Assembly: GCA_030612025.1 (NCBI GenBank)
Contig: JAUWOR010000010.1
Span: 11,102-75,101 of the forward strand
Source: Dehalococcoidia bacterium
Lineage (GTDB): Bacteria > Chloroflexota > Dehalococcoidia > GIF9 > AB-539-J10
Direction: 5' to 3'
DNA length: 64,000 nt
Part shown: piece after piece, positions 29,818-46,610 of the stretch
Position numbering within the stretch: the stretch's first letter is position 1
How the letters are laid out: every line of letters begins with the position of its first letter
The notes under the pieces: model-generated
Told to the model about the DNA's origin: nothing
Database searches by the model: none
Seen by the model: the letters and a program-made list of their open reading frames with translations, nothing else
Translations under genes and position numbers: made by a program

Positions 29818-31239
29818 TTATCTTTGCCAGAAGCGGGGCAAAAATATCATCAAAACTGTAAATAGCTCCAACCTCCCCAACCACATGCAGATAATTAAAA
29901 GGATCTTCCCCGCCCCAGGAAGCCAAGCATAATTTAAAGCTGGACCCACCCCACCCAAGCCAGGTCCTACATTCCCTAAAGTAGCTGCCACCGCTGAGAT
30001 TGATGTTTCTAAATCAAGCCCTAAGAAACCAAGCGTTATGGAAGCGACAACTGCCACAAGGAGGTAGAGAAAAAAGAAAGAGATTATATCTCGGATTATC
30101 CCCTCTGAGAGAGGTTTTTGGTTATATTTCACTGGAATCACAGCTTTGGGAGAAATAGCCTTCCTCATCATCACCCCGCTATGTTTCAGCAAGGTTAAAG
30201 TCCGCACTACTTTTATCGCTCCCCCGGTAGAGCCACCACAGCCTCCAATGAACATCAAAGTTAGAAGCACCATTCTGGCACCAAAGTGCCAAGAGCCAAA
30301 ATCGCAGGTGACAAAGCCGGTGGTAGTCATGATAGAGAGCGCCTGGAAAAGACTATACCGATATGAGCCAAGTCCTTGAGAGAGGATTAACAGTAGCGCA
30401 GCTACCATCAAAAGAATTAAGTAAAGCCTGAATTCCTCATTTTTAAATATTTTGAAGTTTCCTTTTAAAGCTTGATAATGAATTATGAAATTTGTGCCAG
30501 CTAGGAACATAAAGACCATGATGATATATTCAGCTAAGGGGTTAGCGTAAGCTCCAATGCTTCCAGTAGTGGGGGTAAATCCACCAGTAGGGAGAGTGCA
30601 GAGAGAGACACAAATTGAGTCAAAGAGGTGAAGCTTAGCCAGGAAATAGAGTAGCGCTATCTCAGCAGCGGTGAAAGCCACATAAATTCCCCAAAAAATC
30701 CTTGCCGTGGTTTTAATTCTGGGACGAAGTCTTTCAGGCAAAGGACCGGGAAATTCTCGTTCAAAGAGCTGAGAGCCTCCTACTCCTAGTCTGGGTAAAA
30801 TGGCAATAAAAAGAGCTATTACCCCCATCCCACCCAACCATTGAGTAAGGCTACGCCATAAGAGCATACTTCTAGGTAGTTCTTCTAGCCTCTCCAGTAT
30901 GGTAGCACCGGTGGTAGTAAAGCCTGACATGGCTTCAAAAAAGGCATTGAGGAAATCCCATCCCAGAAAGATATAAGGGGCGGCGCCAAGGAGCGGCATA
31001 AGAAGCCAGGTGAAAGCCACTATGGTAAAACCATCGGCACGCTCTATTTCCTTGTCGGTTTTAAGTCCAAATTCAAGAAATAGCCCGATAGCTAAAGTAA
31101 GCGATAGCGAATATAAAAAAATCCGCCAATCCTCGCCATAATAAACAGCGACTAATAAGGGAAAAACCTGGATTAAAGCGAGGTATTTTAGAAATGAACC
31201 AAGGATATGGAGGGTTAACTTTATCCTTTGGTGAACCAT
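29818..31239 (-). CDS. trkH: TrkH potassium uptake membrane protein
   Basis: FEAMSGFTTTGAT, QWLGGMG, GSTGGAIK, NVGPG, GRLE. Confidence 0.95.
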   Translation of the reverse strand: MVHQRIKLTLHILGSFLKYLALIQVFPLLVAVYYGEDWRIFLYSLSLTLAIGLFLEFGLKTDKEIERADGFTIVAFTWLLMPLLGAAPYIFLGWDFLNAFFEAMSGFTTTGATILERLEELPRSMLLWRSLTQWLGGMGVIALFIAILPRLGVGGSQLFEREFPGPLPERLRPRIKTTARIFWGIYVAFTAAEIALLYFLAKLHLFDSICVSLCTLPTGGFTPTTGSIGAYANPLAEYIIMVFMFLAGTNFIIHYQALKGNFKIFKNEEFRLYLILLMVAALLLILSQGLGSYRYSLFQALSIMTTTGFVTCDFGSWHFGARMVLLTLMFIGGCGGSTGGAIKVVRTLTLLKHSGVMMRKAISPKAVIPVKYNQKPLSEGIIRDIISFFFLYLLVAVVASITLGFLGLDLETSISAVAATLGNVGPGLGGVGPALNYAWLPGAGKILLIICMWLGRLELFTVLMIFLPRFWQR

Positions 31240-31877
31240 CTATTCATAAAATCGATTCCCTTTTTGGTAGACTTCCAATCTACAATGAGAGTCAGCCAAT
31301 CTTTGGGCTCCATCTTAGTATCTTCATTCAAATATTTTCCCGCTCGCTCCAGCACAAGTATTTTCATACCATTTGGAGTTCCTATTTCGGAGGCTTTCTT
31401 GCCCACACACTTCATGCCTTCCTCAACCTCTATTTCGAAGATCTCTGCCCTTTCAAAAGAGAGGAATTCCTTCACATAGGGCTGCAAAATCGTGCGATAA
31501 ATATGCTTGGCTACCACAGCATGGGGCTTAACCTGGAAGCCAATCCCAGCTTGCTTAAAAGTTTCTACATGCACTGCGTCATTCACTAGAGAAATCACTT
31601 TCCTTGCTCCCATTTCTTTGGCTAACATACAAATCATTAAATTATCTGAGTCATCATTAGTTAAGGCAACCAAAGCGTCTGCTCTCTTGACCCCCGCCTC
31701 CTCCAGAACTGACTTGTTAGTAGCATCCCCGGTTATCACCATCACGTCAGAGGATGTTGCCATTTCAGTGCACCTTGCCTCATCTGAGTCTACAATCACC
31801 ACCTCATTCCCTTCTTTAACAAGAAGCTCAGCAAGGCTTTTCCCTATGCCGCTTAAGCCGGCTATTATAAGATACAT
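31221..31877 (-). CDS. trkA: TrkA RCK regulatory subunit
   Basis: IIAGLSGIG, GDAT; RBS GGAGG before the ATG at 31877. Confidence 0.9.
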   Translation of the reverse strand: MYLIIAGLSGIGKSLAELLVKEGNEVVIVDSDEARCTEMATSSDVMVITGDATNKSVLEEAGVKRADALVALTNDDSDNLMICMLAKEMGARKVISLVNDAVHVETFKQAGIGFQVKPHAVVAKHIYRTILQPYVKEFLSFERAEIFEIEVEEGMKCVGKKASEIGTPNGMKILVLERAGKYLNEDTKMEPKDWLTLIVDWKSTKKGIDFMNRWFTKG

Positions 31878-32027
31878 TTTGTTACCTCCGTCACAAAATT
31901 TTGGCTCATCCCTTCGAAAGATGAGCTTTAGCTCGAGGACGGCGAGCAAATTTATCGCCAAGTTTGGAATGCCAATTCGTATCCAAAATTAAGCCATCCC
32001 ATAATTAATTTCACTTGCTGGGCGATT

Positions 32028-32816
32028 TTAATTCCTCCCACAATTGTTGTCAACTATTGACTCTTTCCTTAGCTCCCGTAGCCAAGCCATCGATTTAACT
32101 TCTCGCTGCAAAAGATATTTTATATACCCCGGCATCACTTGTTCTAACTCTGTCCTCAACTCTGATCTTACTTTCACCCGCCTTGCCGTGGCATAATCAA
32201 AACTTTGCCACAAACGAAGAATTTTCAAAGCACCAACCGATAGAGGACGTGAATCAGGCTCTTTCTGCCCACAATAGGAACACAGAATGCCACCTTGGCT
32301 AGAACTGAAAAAGTTAACCACCGGTTTGATAGGTGAATTACAACCAACGCATCGGTGCAACTGAGGACGATAGCCAAGATAATCAAGAAGATGAAGTTCA
32401 AAATAACGTAACACAGTTTCACTATTGTCTCCTTGACACAGTCGATGTAAGGTATCAAGTAGTAAATCAAACAAGGGATGATTCTCGTTATTCTCTACAG
32501 TAAAGGAATCAATGAGCTCTAAGACGTAAAGGCCGCAAGCCATGCGCCATAAATCACTTTTCAAAACTAGAAGCCCATCAATGGTTTGGCTTTGGGTAAC
32601 GATGTCTAGGTTACGTCCCCGGGCTAACATCAGCAAGCTGTGAGTCAAAGGTTCCACATTGCCACCCAACTTGCTTCCCGGGCGGCAACCCCCCTTAGCT
32701 ACCGCCTTCAGCTTGCCAAATTCGGGGGTATAAATAGTAAGAATTTTATCAACTTCACCAAGCTTGGTTTGTTTGATAATGATAGCTTGAGTTTGATAAC
32801 TTCGAGGTGCTCCCAT
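32028..32816 (-). CDS. recO: DNA repair protein RecO
   Basis: GEVDKILT..GKLKAVAKG, GYRPQL + C4 zinc finger. Confidence 0.93.
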   Translation of the reverse strand: MGAPRSYQTQAIIIKQTKLGEVDKILTIYTPEFGKLKAVAKGGCRPGSKLGGNVEPLTHSLLMLARGRNLDIVTQSQTIDGLLVLKSDLWRMACGLYVLELIDSFTVENNENHPLFDLLLDTLHRLCQGDNSETVLRYFELHLLDYLGYRPQLHRCVGCNSPIKPVVNFFSSSQGGILCSYCGQKEPDSRPLSVGALKILRLWQSFDYATARRVKVRSELRTELEQVMPGYIKYLLQREVKSMAWLRELRKESIVDNNCGRN

Positions 32817-32826
32817 CCATACCCTT

Positions 32827-33426
32827 TTAGAATTCCTGTCTGTCTTCCAGAGCTTGACTCAGGGTCATGTCATCAGCGTATTCTAGGTCAGCACCAAATG
32901 GCAAGCCACGAGCTAAACGGGTAATGCGAATGCCTAAAGGCAGGATCATGCGCCGAAGATACATAGCAGTGGTTTCACCCTCTAGATTAGGATTGGTTGC
33001 CAAGATCACTTCAGTTACCGAACCATCCTGAAGACGGGATAAAAACTCTTTTGCCTTTAGCTCCCCAGGCCCTATTCCCTGCGCTGGGCTAATGGGCCCA
33101 TGGAGCACGTGGTAAACACCATTATACTTCCCAGTTCGCTCCAAAGGAGGAATATCTGAAGGTCTCTCAACAACACAAATTTTAGAATGGTCACGCTCTC
33201 TATCCTGGCAAATGCGGCAAGGGTCACAATCAGTGATATTAAAACAAACTGAACACAGCCTTGTCTTTTCCTTCAGAGCCAAAATAGCTTCAGCTAAAGC
33301 TTTGGCTTCTTCCCCTGGCCGGCCCAATAAATAATAAGTTAATCTCTGTGCACTCTTGGGCCCAATCCCAGGTAGTTTATTAAATGCCTCAACTAATTTA
33401 GCTACAGGCTCAGCAGTGGTTACCAT
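32827..33426 (-). CDS. recR: Recombination protein RecR
   Basis: LPGIGPKSAQRL, C4 finger, ATNPNLEGE. Confidence 0.96.
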   Translation of the reverse strand: MVTTAEPVAKLVEAFNKLPGIGPKSAQRLTYYLLGRPGEEAKALAEAILALKEKTRLCSVCFNITDCDPCRICQDRERDHSKICVVERPSDIPPLERTGKYNGVYHVLHGPISPAQGIGPGELKAKEFLSRLQDGSVTEVILATNPNLEGETTAMYLRRMILPLGIRITRLARGLPFGADLEYADDMTLSQALEDRQEF

Positions 33427-33428
33427 TT

Positions 33429-35012
33429 TTATTTCTCTCTTATTTCAGCTCCCATTTCCAGCGCAGCCTTAATCAAAGGATTTTGCTCCTTCTCTTGAGG
33501 TGGGATTTTCCTTTTGTAGTCAACTAAGATACACTTCAGCTTGTAAGGCTGACCAAAAACCTCTTTAAGCTTTCTCTCCACCAGATGTTGATATTTGGGG
33601 TCTTCGATCTTCTCTTTATGGAAAGAATAGTAAAACCCTAATACTAAAGTATCATCCTCCAGAGCTACTGGCTCACAGGCACTACGCAAAAAGGCATCCA
33701 AATTGCCGCTGGAGCCCTCCCCCCGCAAAGACTGAATGAATTCCTTCCACCGACTACGCAAGTAGTAAATATCTTGAGAAACCTCTGTGCTTGCCCCGTG
33801 AGATAGTGAATATCTCACGGGGCATGAAGTCTCAATATTGTTTGCCGCTACAGGAATTTCAGCTTCTTGAGTGGGCTGGATTGACTCCCGAGACGTCTCT
33901 GGAAGTTCCGTCATTGTTGACTCATCTCGTCCAGTCACCAGAGATAAGGCACAGTCCATTAAAGCTAACTCTAAAGGCAAAGTGGAATAATTATCACTGC
34001 GAAAATCTACACTGGAGAAAAGTTTGACCGCCTTGAGTAGATATTCAAAAGTGGCCTTAGCCGCAAGCCCATTCATCTCAGCTAAATCTTCCGCAGTAAC
34101 ATCCAAAGCCTCATTACATTGGGACTTAGCCAGCAACAACCCTCGGAGATATTCCACTAGCCCCAGATTAAACTGGCGAAGGTCAACGCCATCGCTATTG
34201 ACGCTATTTATAACTTGAAGACCAGCAGAAACATCCTTATTGACAATATGCTTTGCCAGTTGCCTAACCCGAGGGTCACTGCTGACACCAAGCGCTGTCT
34301 GAACTTGTTCCAAATCAATTTGATTGCCATGGTAAGCAATGAGCTGCTGCAATATATTTTCCGCGTCTCGGAGACTTCCTGTAGCTGCCCGAGCAATAAG
34401 CTTTAGAGATTCCAATCTAACATGAATATTCTCTTTTTGACATATTAACTCCAGCTTACCGATTATCGCTGTTTGGGACAGGCGACGAAAGTTAAATCGC
34501 TGACACCTCGACATAATAGTAGGTATCACCTTGTGAGGTTCTGTAGTAGCCAGGACGAAAATGACGTAAGGAGGTGGTTCCTCTAAAGTCTTAAGCAAGG
34601 CATTGGAAGCCGCCTCAGTAAGCATATGGACTTCATCTATAATATATACCTTATAGCGAGCACGGCTGGGGGCATAGTTAACCTTTTCCCTGAGGCTGCG
34701 AACTTCATCGATACCACGATTACTGGCAGCATCTATCTCTATTACGTCTAAAGATTTGCCTTCAGTGATTGAGCGACATATATCACAAGTATTACATGGT
34801 TCACCATCTACCTGATTAAGGCAGTTAACCGCTTTAGCTAGGATACGCCCGCTGCTAGTCTTCCCCGTGCCTCGAGGACCACAAAAAAGATAAGCATGAG
34901 CTACTTTCCCATTCTCCACAGCATGGCGTAAAGTCTGAGTCACCGGCTCCTGCCCCACCACCTCAGCTAAGGTTTGCGGACGCCACTTACGATAAAAAAC
35001 CTCCGAGCCCAT
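33429..35012 (-). CDS. dnaX: DNA polymerase III subunit gamma/tau
   Basis: YRKWRPQ, GPRGTGKT, EIDAAS, IIDEVH, SRC. Confidence 0.96.
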   Translation of the reverse strand: MGSEVFYRKWRPQTLAEVVGQEPVTQTLRHAVENGKVAHAYLFCGPRGTGKTSSGRILAKAVNCLNQVDGEPCNTCDICRSITEGKSLDVIEIDAASNRGIDEVRSLREKVNYAPSRARYKVYIIDEVHMLTEAASNALLKTLEEPPPYVIFVLATTEPHKVIPTIMSRCQRFNFRRLSQTAIIGKLELICQKENIHVRLESLKLIARAATGSLRDAENILQQLIAYHGNQIDLEQVQTALGVSSDPRVRQLAKHIVNKDVSAGLQVINSVNSDGVDLRQFNLGLVEYLRGLLLAKSQCNEALDVTAEDLAEMNGLAAKATFEYLLKAVKLFSSVDFRSDNYSTLPLELALMDCALSLVTGRDESTMTELPETSRESIQPTQEAEIPVAANNIETSCPVRYSLSHGASTEVSQDIYYLRSRWKEFIQSLRGEGSSGNLDAFLRSACEPVALEDDTLVLGFYYSFHKEKIEDPKYQHLVERKLKEVFGQPYKLKCILVDYKRKIPPQEKEQNPLIKAALEMGAEIREK

Positions 35013-35066
35013 ATGCTAACCTTATTATACTCCTCACGGCCTAATGAAGGAAGATTTTTACCAAAA

Positions 35067-35891
35067 TTACAGACTTGAGCCACTTTCTATGATGGAAATT
35101 GTTTTATTGTAATCCTCTTCCATGTTCTCAATAGCCTGCTGTAAAACTGGTTTTAGCTCTTCAGGGGCTTTGTCTAAGGCATTCCTTAATGCAGCTAAAC
35201 TCTTTGCCCGACTTTGGCTTAGCACTATCTCCAATTCCTTAGCATCCCTTCCTTTACTATAAGCTTCTGCTCCTTCGGATGGAGCTGGAGCCAGCATTTT
35301 AGGCCCTTTTTCCTCAACCTCCGGCGGTTGCTCCATCACATACACCTTGTCCAAATGATTGGCAACTTGCTCGGTTAGCATAAAAATCTCATCAGATTTG
35401 CCCTGGCGAGCCATCTCAACCATCTCGCCTGCTCTACGCTCAGCAAATTGGATATGAAGCTTTGCCTTGTCTATATCAGAAAAAGCTAATGTCATCCTCA
35501 CCTGCTCCCCAGCTAACTTGACAGGATAAAGAGACCTATCGGGCAAAGCATATGCTGAAGCAGCAAGTGTTCCCACTCCAATAAGCAGAAAACCTAGAAT
35601 AGCAGTCATAGCCAAAGCCCACCTCCTCTGCCAAATAGGAATCCTTGCTCTCCTTTCCGCTTTCTTCTGTTTGGCATAAAGCATTGCTTGAAGCTGAGAA
35701 TGAACTCTTGCCTTAAACTCAGGGTCGGGTTGAATAGCAGAGGACCTTTGCATAAAAACAAGGCTAGTTTTAAGCAAAGGCTCTAGTTCAGATGTCTGCT
35801 CGGGATAAGCCTTGAGGCAATCCTCAATGCTTTCACCCTTAAATATGCGCTCCAAACAATTGTCGAGAATATCTTCCATCTTTCGAGTCAT
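35067..35891 (-). CDS. DUF5667 membrane protein, probable anti-sigma factor
   Basis: [11 protein letters not shown] motif after a TM helix; follows an ECF sigma factor. Confidence 0.8.
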   Translation of the reverse strand: MTRKMEDILDNCLERIFKGESIEDCLKAYPEQTSELEPLLKTSLVFMQRSSAIQPDPEFKARVHSQLQAMLYAKQKKAERRARIPIWQRRWALAMTAILGFLLIGVGTLAASAYALPDRSLYPVKLAGEQVRMTLAFSDIDKAKLHIQFAERRAGEMVEMARQGKSDEIFMLTEQVANHLDKVYVMEQPPEVEEKGPKMLAPAPSEGAEAYSKGRDAKELEIVLSQSRAKSLAALRNALDKAPEELKPVLQQAIENMEEDYNKTISIIESGSSL

Positions 35892-35893
35892 TT

Positions 35894-36433
35894 TTATTTA
35901 TCCACCAAGAGCATTTTCCTTAACGCCGCTATGCCATTATATTGCAAAGCTTTCACTGTACCTTCGTTTTTCCCCAAAACTTTAGCTGCCTCTGCGACTG
36001 AAAGCTCACTTCCAAAACGGAGTGAGATTACCTCCCGCTGAGCCGGAGATAATTTCTTTACATTGTTAATCAATTCCTCAATTTCAAGCTCCCGTTCAGC
36101 CATAAGCGCTGGATTTGACCCACTAACTAAGGTTATATCGTCCTCCAAAGCTACCTTTTCCACTCTACCTTGCTTTCTTAAATAATCTATTACCTGATTA
36201 TGGGCAATGCGAAATAGCCAAGCCACGAAAGGTAAATTCCGCCACTTGTAAGAGCCAATCGCCTCCAAAGCTTTAACAAATACCTCCTGAGTTAAATCCT
36301 CAGCTTCGGCTTGATTCCCCACTCTGAGGTAAACATAACGATAAATCCTATCGAAATGTTCCTCGTAAAGTTGAGCAAAGGCTTCACTCTCTCCCTTTAC
36401 TGCTCGGGAAACTACATCTTTCTCAATAAACAT
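35894..36433 (-). CDS. ECF sigma-70 factor
   Basis: [24 protein letters not shown]. Confidence 0.92.
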   Translation of the reverse strand: MFIEKDVVSRAVKGESEAFAQLYEEHFDRIYRYVYLRVGNQAEAEDLTQEVFVKALEAIGSYKWRNLPFVAWLFRIAHNQVIDYLRKQGRVEKVALEDDITLVSGSNPALMAERELEIEELINNVKKLSPAQREVISLRFGSELSVAEAAKVLGKNEGTVKALQYNGIAALRKMLLVDK

Positions 36434-36609
36434 CAGTCTGATGTCTATTATATAGGAAAACGAAAAGAGGGGGAAAAAGTTTATAGTCAGTGCAAAAGCA
36501 GCCAAGCGTTGAATTCACAGCAAGGAAAAATACGGGGAATTTATACTAAACCTTACAAGTTTTGTCATAGAAACTGGCTTCTCTTTATCTCAGCAATATC
36601 ACATTTCTA

Positions 36610-36733
36610 TGTCATTGCGAGGGACGAAGTCCCGAATCAATCTTGTAGGGTTGGGGCTTGTCCCCAACCGCTAAGGCGGGGATAAATCCCGCCACTACAA
36701 AGTGGGATTGCCCCGCCTTCGGCTCGCAATGAC
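36610..36733. repeat. GTCATTGCGAG...CTCGCAATGAC palindrome with an R3 REP doublet (36645-36698) nested inside
   Basis: TGTCATTGCGAG..AATCT[GTAGGGTTGGGGCTTGTCCCCAACC..GGCGGGGATAAATCCCGCCACTAC]..GATTGC..CTCGCAATGACA. Confidence 0.85.
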
Positions 36734-36814
36734 AAGGAACGAAGAATTGGAGAAACAAGCCTTTACATTAACGACGCTAAGAAGCTGGCTGGAGTTCAAA
36801 AAGGGCAACGAAGC

Positions 36815-37249
36815 CTAAGAAGCTTTGCTAGCTTGCCTCTCAGCCCAGTTACCCACCCAGGGCAGTTTCCACATCTTGCCTGTCCCCGCTTGAATCATCA
36901 AGACAATCCATAAAACAAGGCCCAGAATTCCAATAATCCAGCCAAAAACCAAACCAATGATGGGAATCCAGCCCAAGACCAAGCTTGCTACGGTCAATAC
37001 GCCAAAGGTCATGATGGATTGCCAGGCGTGGAATTTGACGAACTTGTTCCTTTTTTCAATCACCAGGAAAACTATTCCTGAAATCCAACCGAGAACATAA
37101 CACAGAAGCCCTGCTACATTGGCTGACAGCCCGACGCTGGTCTCAGAGGATTTGCCGGATGATTGAACAGAAACACCAAGTTCTGCACCGCACTTGGAGC
37201 AAAACTTAGTCCCTTCGGGATTTTCAGTGCCGCATTTGGGACAAAACAT
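36815..37249 (-). CDS. Zinc-ribbon + DUF4870-type membrane protein
   Basis: MFCPKCG..FCSKCG; NVAGLLCY, VKFHAWQS. Confidence 0.85.
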   Translation of the reverse strand: MFCPKCGTENPEGTKFCSKCGAELGVSVQSSGKSSETSVGLSANVAGLLCYVLGWISGIVFLVIEKRNKFVKFHAWQSIMTFGVLTVASLVLGWIPIIGLVFGWIIGILGLVLWIVLMIQAGTGKMWKLPWVGNWAERQASKAS

Positions 37250-37298
37250 ATCTCACCTCCTATATCCAAGTATAGCACATATCACAGTTTTGCATACC

Positions 37299-38472
<1,174 letters not shown>

Positions 38473-38476
38473 TTAT

Positions 38477-41264
<2,788 letters not shown>

Positions 41265-41312
41265 TTTTCAACTCACAAATTATACCATACTATCAACTAG
41301 AGCCTTGATTCG

Positions 41313-41891
41313 CTAATTGAACCTGCTCATCGCCACTTCCATCCCTTGATTAAGGAAACAATCAATAGCTTCAGCTACACTAGCAATTACTGGCTTGATT
41401 AGTTCTTCCTCTTGAGGAGTAAAGTCGCTGAGCACATAACTGACTATAACATCTTCACCAGTATTAGATAATCCCTCCACTTGAGGATGCCCAATGCCTA
41501 CCCTGAGCCGAGGAAATTCCTCGCTTTTCAGGACAGAAATGATAGATTTCATCCCCTTATGCCCACCCGAACCACCACCGGGACGCAGGCGAATCTTGCC
41601 CAGAGGCAAATCGAGGTCATCATGAATTACTAAAAGGTCACCTAGAGGAACATTATGCTTATTCACCAAGCAGCCTACTGCCTTGCCGCTAAGGTTGACA
41701 AATGTTCTTGGCTTGGCAAGCAGCAGTTTCTCGCCTCCTAATTCGCCGGTGCCTATCCTAGCCTGGCACTGCCTGCGGTCAAAACGAATAGAATGAAGCT
41801 TGGCAAAATAATTTAGGCAGTGAAAGCCGACATTATGGCGATTATGAGCATAAGCCTTGCCAGGATTGCCCAAGCCAACAACGAGTTTCAT
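41313..41891 (-). CDS. pth: Peptidyl-tRNA hydrolase
   Basis: VGLGNPG, RHNVGF, HDDLDL, GGHKG. Confidence 0.96.
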   Translation of the reverse strand: MKLVVGLGNPGKAYAHNRHNVGFHCLNYFAKLHSIRFDRRQCQARIGTGELGGEKLLLAKPRTFVNLSGKAVGCLVNKHNVPLGDLLVIHDDLDLPLGKIRLRPGGGSGGHKGMKSIISVLKSEEFPRLRVGIGHPQVEGLSNTGEDVIVSYVLSDFTPQEEELIKPVIASVAEAIDCFLNQGMEVAMSRFN

Positions 41892-41956
41892 TGAATTTAG
41901 ATTGCCTATAGGGCACTGCTTAGTTTGCCCATCAAGCTTAGTCAGTCACTTGCTTC

Positions 41957-42175
41957 TTAAAAGGAAAGAACTTCTACTTGGCAAGCTCGTTTTTTAGCCT
42001 CGTTTACGATTTCTTCAAGAACTTGGGCTGTTTGGGCATCAATCCATTCCTCTCCGCATTGGGAGCAAATCTGAGCGGGTACATCACGCACCACTACAAC
42101 TCCACCCCTTAAATCTACACTATAGATGGTTTTGCCTAGCTTTTTTTCTCCCCCACACAGTGGACAATTAGCCAT
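41957..42175 (-). CDS. YgiT/MqsA-type zinc-finger antitoxin-like protein
   Basis: CPLCGG...VPAQICSQCGE. Confidence 0.85.
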   Translation of the reverse strand: MANCPLCGGEKKLGKTIYSVDLRGGVVVVRDVPAQICSQCGEEWIDAQTAQVLEEIVNEAKKRACQVEVLSF

Positions 42176-42176
42176 A

Positions 42177-42491
42177 TTATCGCCTCCTCGTCTTAAAATC
42201 AGGCTCAAATTTATCCAAACTTGGCTCGTAAGCAGTAATAATATACGCTATCTCTAAGGTTTCATCAAAACTTACAACCACGTGATAAGGTTTATCCTCC
42301 ACGTATCCCAAGATAAGGCAGCTAGGAAAGGGGGCATTATGAGGGTAATCTTCGATGATTTCTCCCTTCATGATTACCCCGATGATTGTATCTTGAGAGA
42401 TGTCCCTTTCAGCAAGTCGAGCAAGTATGTGTTTCCTCCACTCAAACCTGCCAGACTTTACTGCCTCCCTCAATTTCGGTAAGTCCATCAT
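42177..42491 (-). CDS. DUF4258 toxin-like protein
   Basis: GEIIEDYP, PSCLILG, HVV, IITAYEP. Confidence 0.85.
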   Translation of the reverse strand: MMDLPKLREAVKSGRFEWRKHILARLAERDISQDTIIGVIMKGEIIEDYPHNAPFPSCLILGYVEDKPYHVVVSFDETLEIAYIITAYEPSLDKFEPDFKTRRR

Positions 42492-42500
42492 GTGCTTTTG

Positions 42501-42579
42501 CTAATTTAGGCAGTGAAAGCCAACATTATGGCGATTACGCGCATAAATCCCGCCGAGATTACCCAACAATAAGTTTCAT
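42501..42579 (-). pseudogene. Decayed duplicate of the pth 5' end
   Basis: ATGAAACTTATTGTTG...TAATCGCCATAATGTTGGCTTTCACTGCCTAAATTA matches pth 41808-41891, with a small deletion. Confidence 0.85.
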
Positions 42580-42650
42580 TAGTATATACCTTATTTCATG
42601 ATATATTATAGACTAAAAGAAGATATGTTTTATTCTTATTGGGAAGATGG

Positions 42651-43154
42651 ATGAAAGAATATAACTACTGCCCAATTTGTGGAACTCCTCTTCAAGCAGG
42701 AATGCTTGAAGGAAGGGAGAGAAAATATTGCCCTAAATGTGATTTTATTGATTACAAAAATCCTTTGCCAGTGGCATTAGCGGTTGCAGTAAAAGATAAG
42801 AAGTTTCTATTGATTAGAAGAGGGTTACCACCAAGAAAAGGAATGTGGGGGTCTCCTTCAGGTTTTATCGAAAGTGGAGAAACGCCAGAAGAAGCTTGTC
42901 TGAGAGAGCTAAAAGAAGAGACTGGAATATCCGGGAAGATAGTAAAATTAATCGGAGCAGTCAGACGGGAAGACAAGGAGGTTTATGGAGATATGCTGGT
43001 AGTGAAATATCTAGTTAAGGCAAATGGTGGAAAATTAACCCCTGGAGAAGAAGTAGAGGATGCGAGATTCTTTGATATAGCTGAATTGCCTGTTTATTAT
43101 GTCAACCTATTTAAAGATGTCATCGAAGAGATTCAAAATGAGGAAGTATTTTGA
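42651..43154 (+). CDS. NUDIX hydrolase with N-terminal zinc ribbon
   Basis: [31 protein letters not shown]. Confidence 0.92.
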   Translation: MKEYNYCPICGTPLQAGMLEGRERKYCPKCDFIDYKNPLPVALAVAVKDKKFLLIRRGLPPRKGMWGSPSGFIESGETPEEACLRELKEETGISGKIVKLIGAVRREDKEVYGDMLVVKYLVKANGGKLTPGEEVEDARFFDIAELPVYYVNLFKDVIEEIQNEEVF

Positions 43155-43316
43155 TTTAGCAATTTTATAAACTCAGCCTCGCTGAGTGTCTTTATCCCCA
43201 ATTTTTGCGCCTTAGCTAATTTGGAGCCAGGGTCGGCGCCGACTGCCAAATAAGATGTCTTGCTGCTAACATCTGAGCCTGCCCTGCGCAATTTCTCAAT
43301 AATGCGTTTGTTTCCT
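43149..43316 (-). pseudogene. Decayed duplicate of the ligA 3' end (BRCT) with an internal deletion
   Basis: Translates [49 protein letters not shown], matching the C-terminus of the intact ligA. Confidence 0.85.
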
Positions 43317-43421
43317 TATGCTTGTAAGCGAAGTGGGGAAATTATTGCTATGTCAATGGGTTACCTTTTTGGTGGGCCTCTTCTAATCATCGGCGGGATA
43401 TCAGCACTCTTAGCTAAATAA

Positions 43422-44006
43422 TCACTCTAGTGCGAGGAAATGTTCCTTTGCGCCACGGAAACCAGTTGACCACCTTAGCACCAGATAGGAGTCATCCGTA
43501 TCTACTGTGCGAACAATGGTTCCCGTTACACTATCACCGCCATACAACTCACCACTGCGCAGGGCCTCCCCTTCGTATAGGTCGTACACGATATCGGTCT
43601 GCCAATCGTCATAGACCTTCCCCCTGTCACCTACCACAGCAAAGTTAATGGTGTTGTACCCTTGGCTTTTTTCAGGTGCTCCAACGTTCCTGATTTGGAG
43701 GCTTACAATTGCAAAGCTGCCCCCGGCTTCAGCTTGTGCCGACAGATAACCCTCGCTACGTTCGAAGTCCAGAACCTTTACTTCCAAGTCGTCATAGCGG
43801 TAAGACTGGCCTAATGGCACAGGATTACTACGGCTCATGCCTATTTTAGCCTCTTCTTGCGGAGTTTCTGTTTGTGGAGTTTCTGCAGGTGTTCCTGGCC
43901 CAGAAAGACAAGCACTGAGGATAAAAAGCACAAGACTACACTCAGCAACAATTCCCCAAATCCGCAGCCGCCTTTTTCTTGCAAATTTGACTATGAGCAT
44001 TATCAC
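43422..44006 (-). CDS. DUF4352-like lipoprotein
   Basis: Lipobox LSAC, SRSNPVPLG, GELYGG. Confidence 0.65.
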   Translation of the reverse strand: MIMLIVKFARKRRLRIWGIVAECSLVLFILSACLSGPGTPAETPQTETPQEEAKIGMSRSNPVPLGQSYRYDDLEVKVLDFERSEGYLSAQAEAGGSFAIVSLQIRNVGAPEKSQGYNTINFAVVGDRGKVYDDWQTDIVYDLYEGEALRSGELYGGDSVTGTIVRTVDTDDSYLVLRWSTGFRGAKEHFLALE

Positions 44007-44192
44007 GCCAACAGCGAAGACTATAAATCTAATGATTCCTCAAGCTACCATGCTTTTCTTCAGGGAGATTTTAGCATAAAGTGGCAAAATCCTAGCAGTG
44101 CTGCAAGAATAAAGCTATATATAGAGAGACTACTATCTTACACCCCACTATGGTCAAATATGCTTTATTAAAAATCAAATCTCTTGATTCCA

Positions 44193-46610
<2,418 letters not shown>

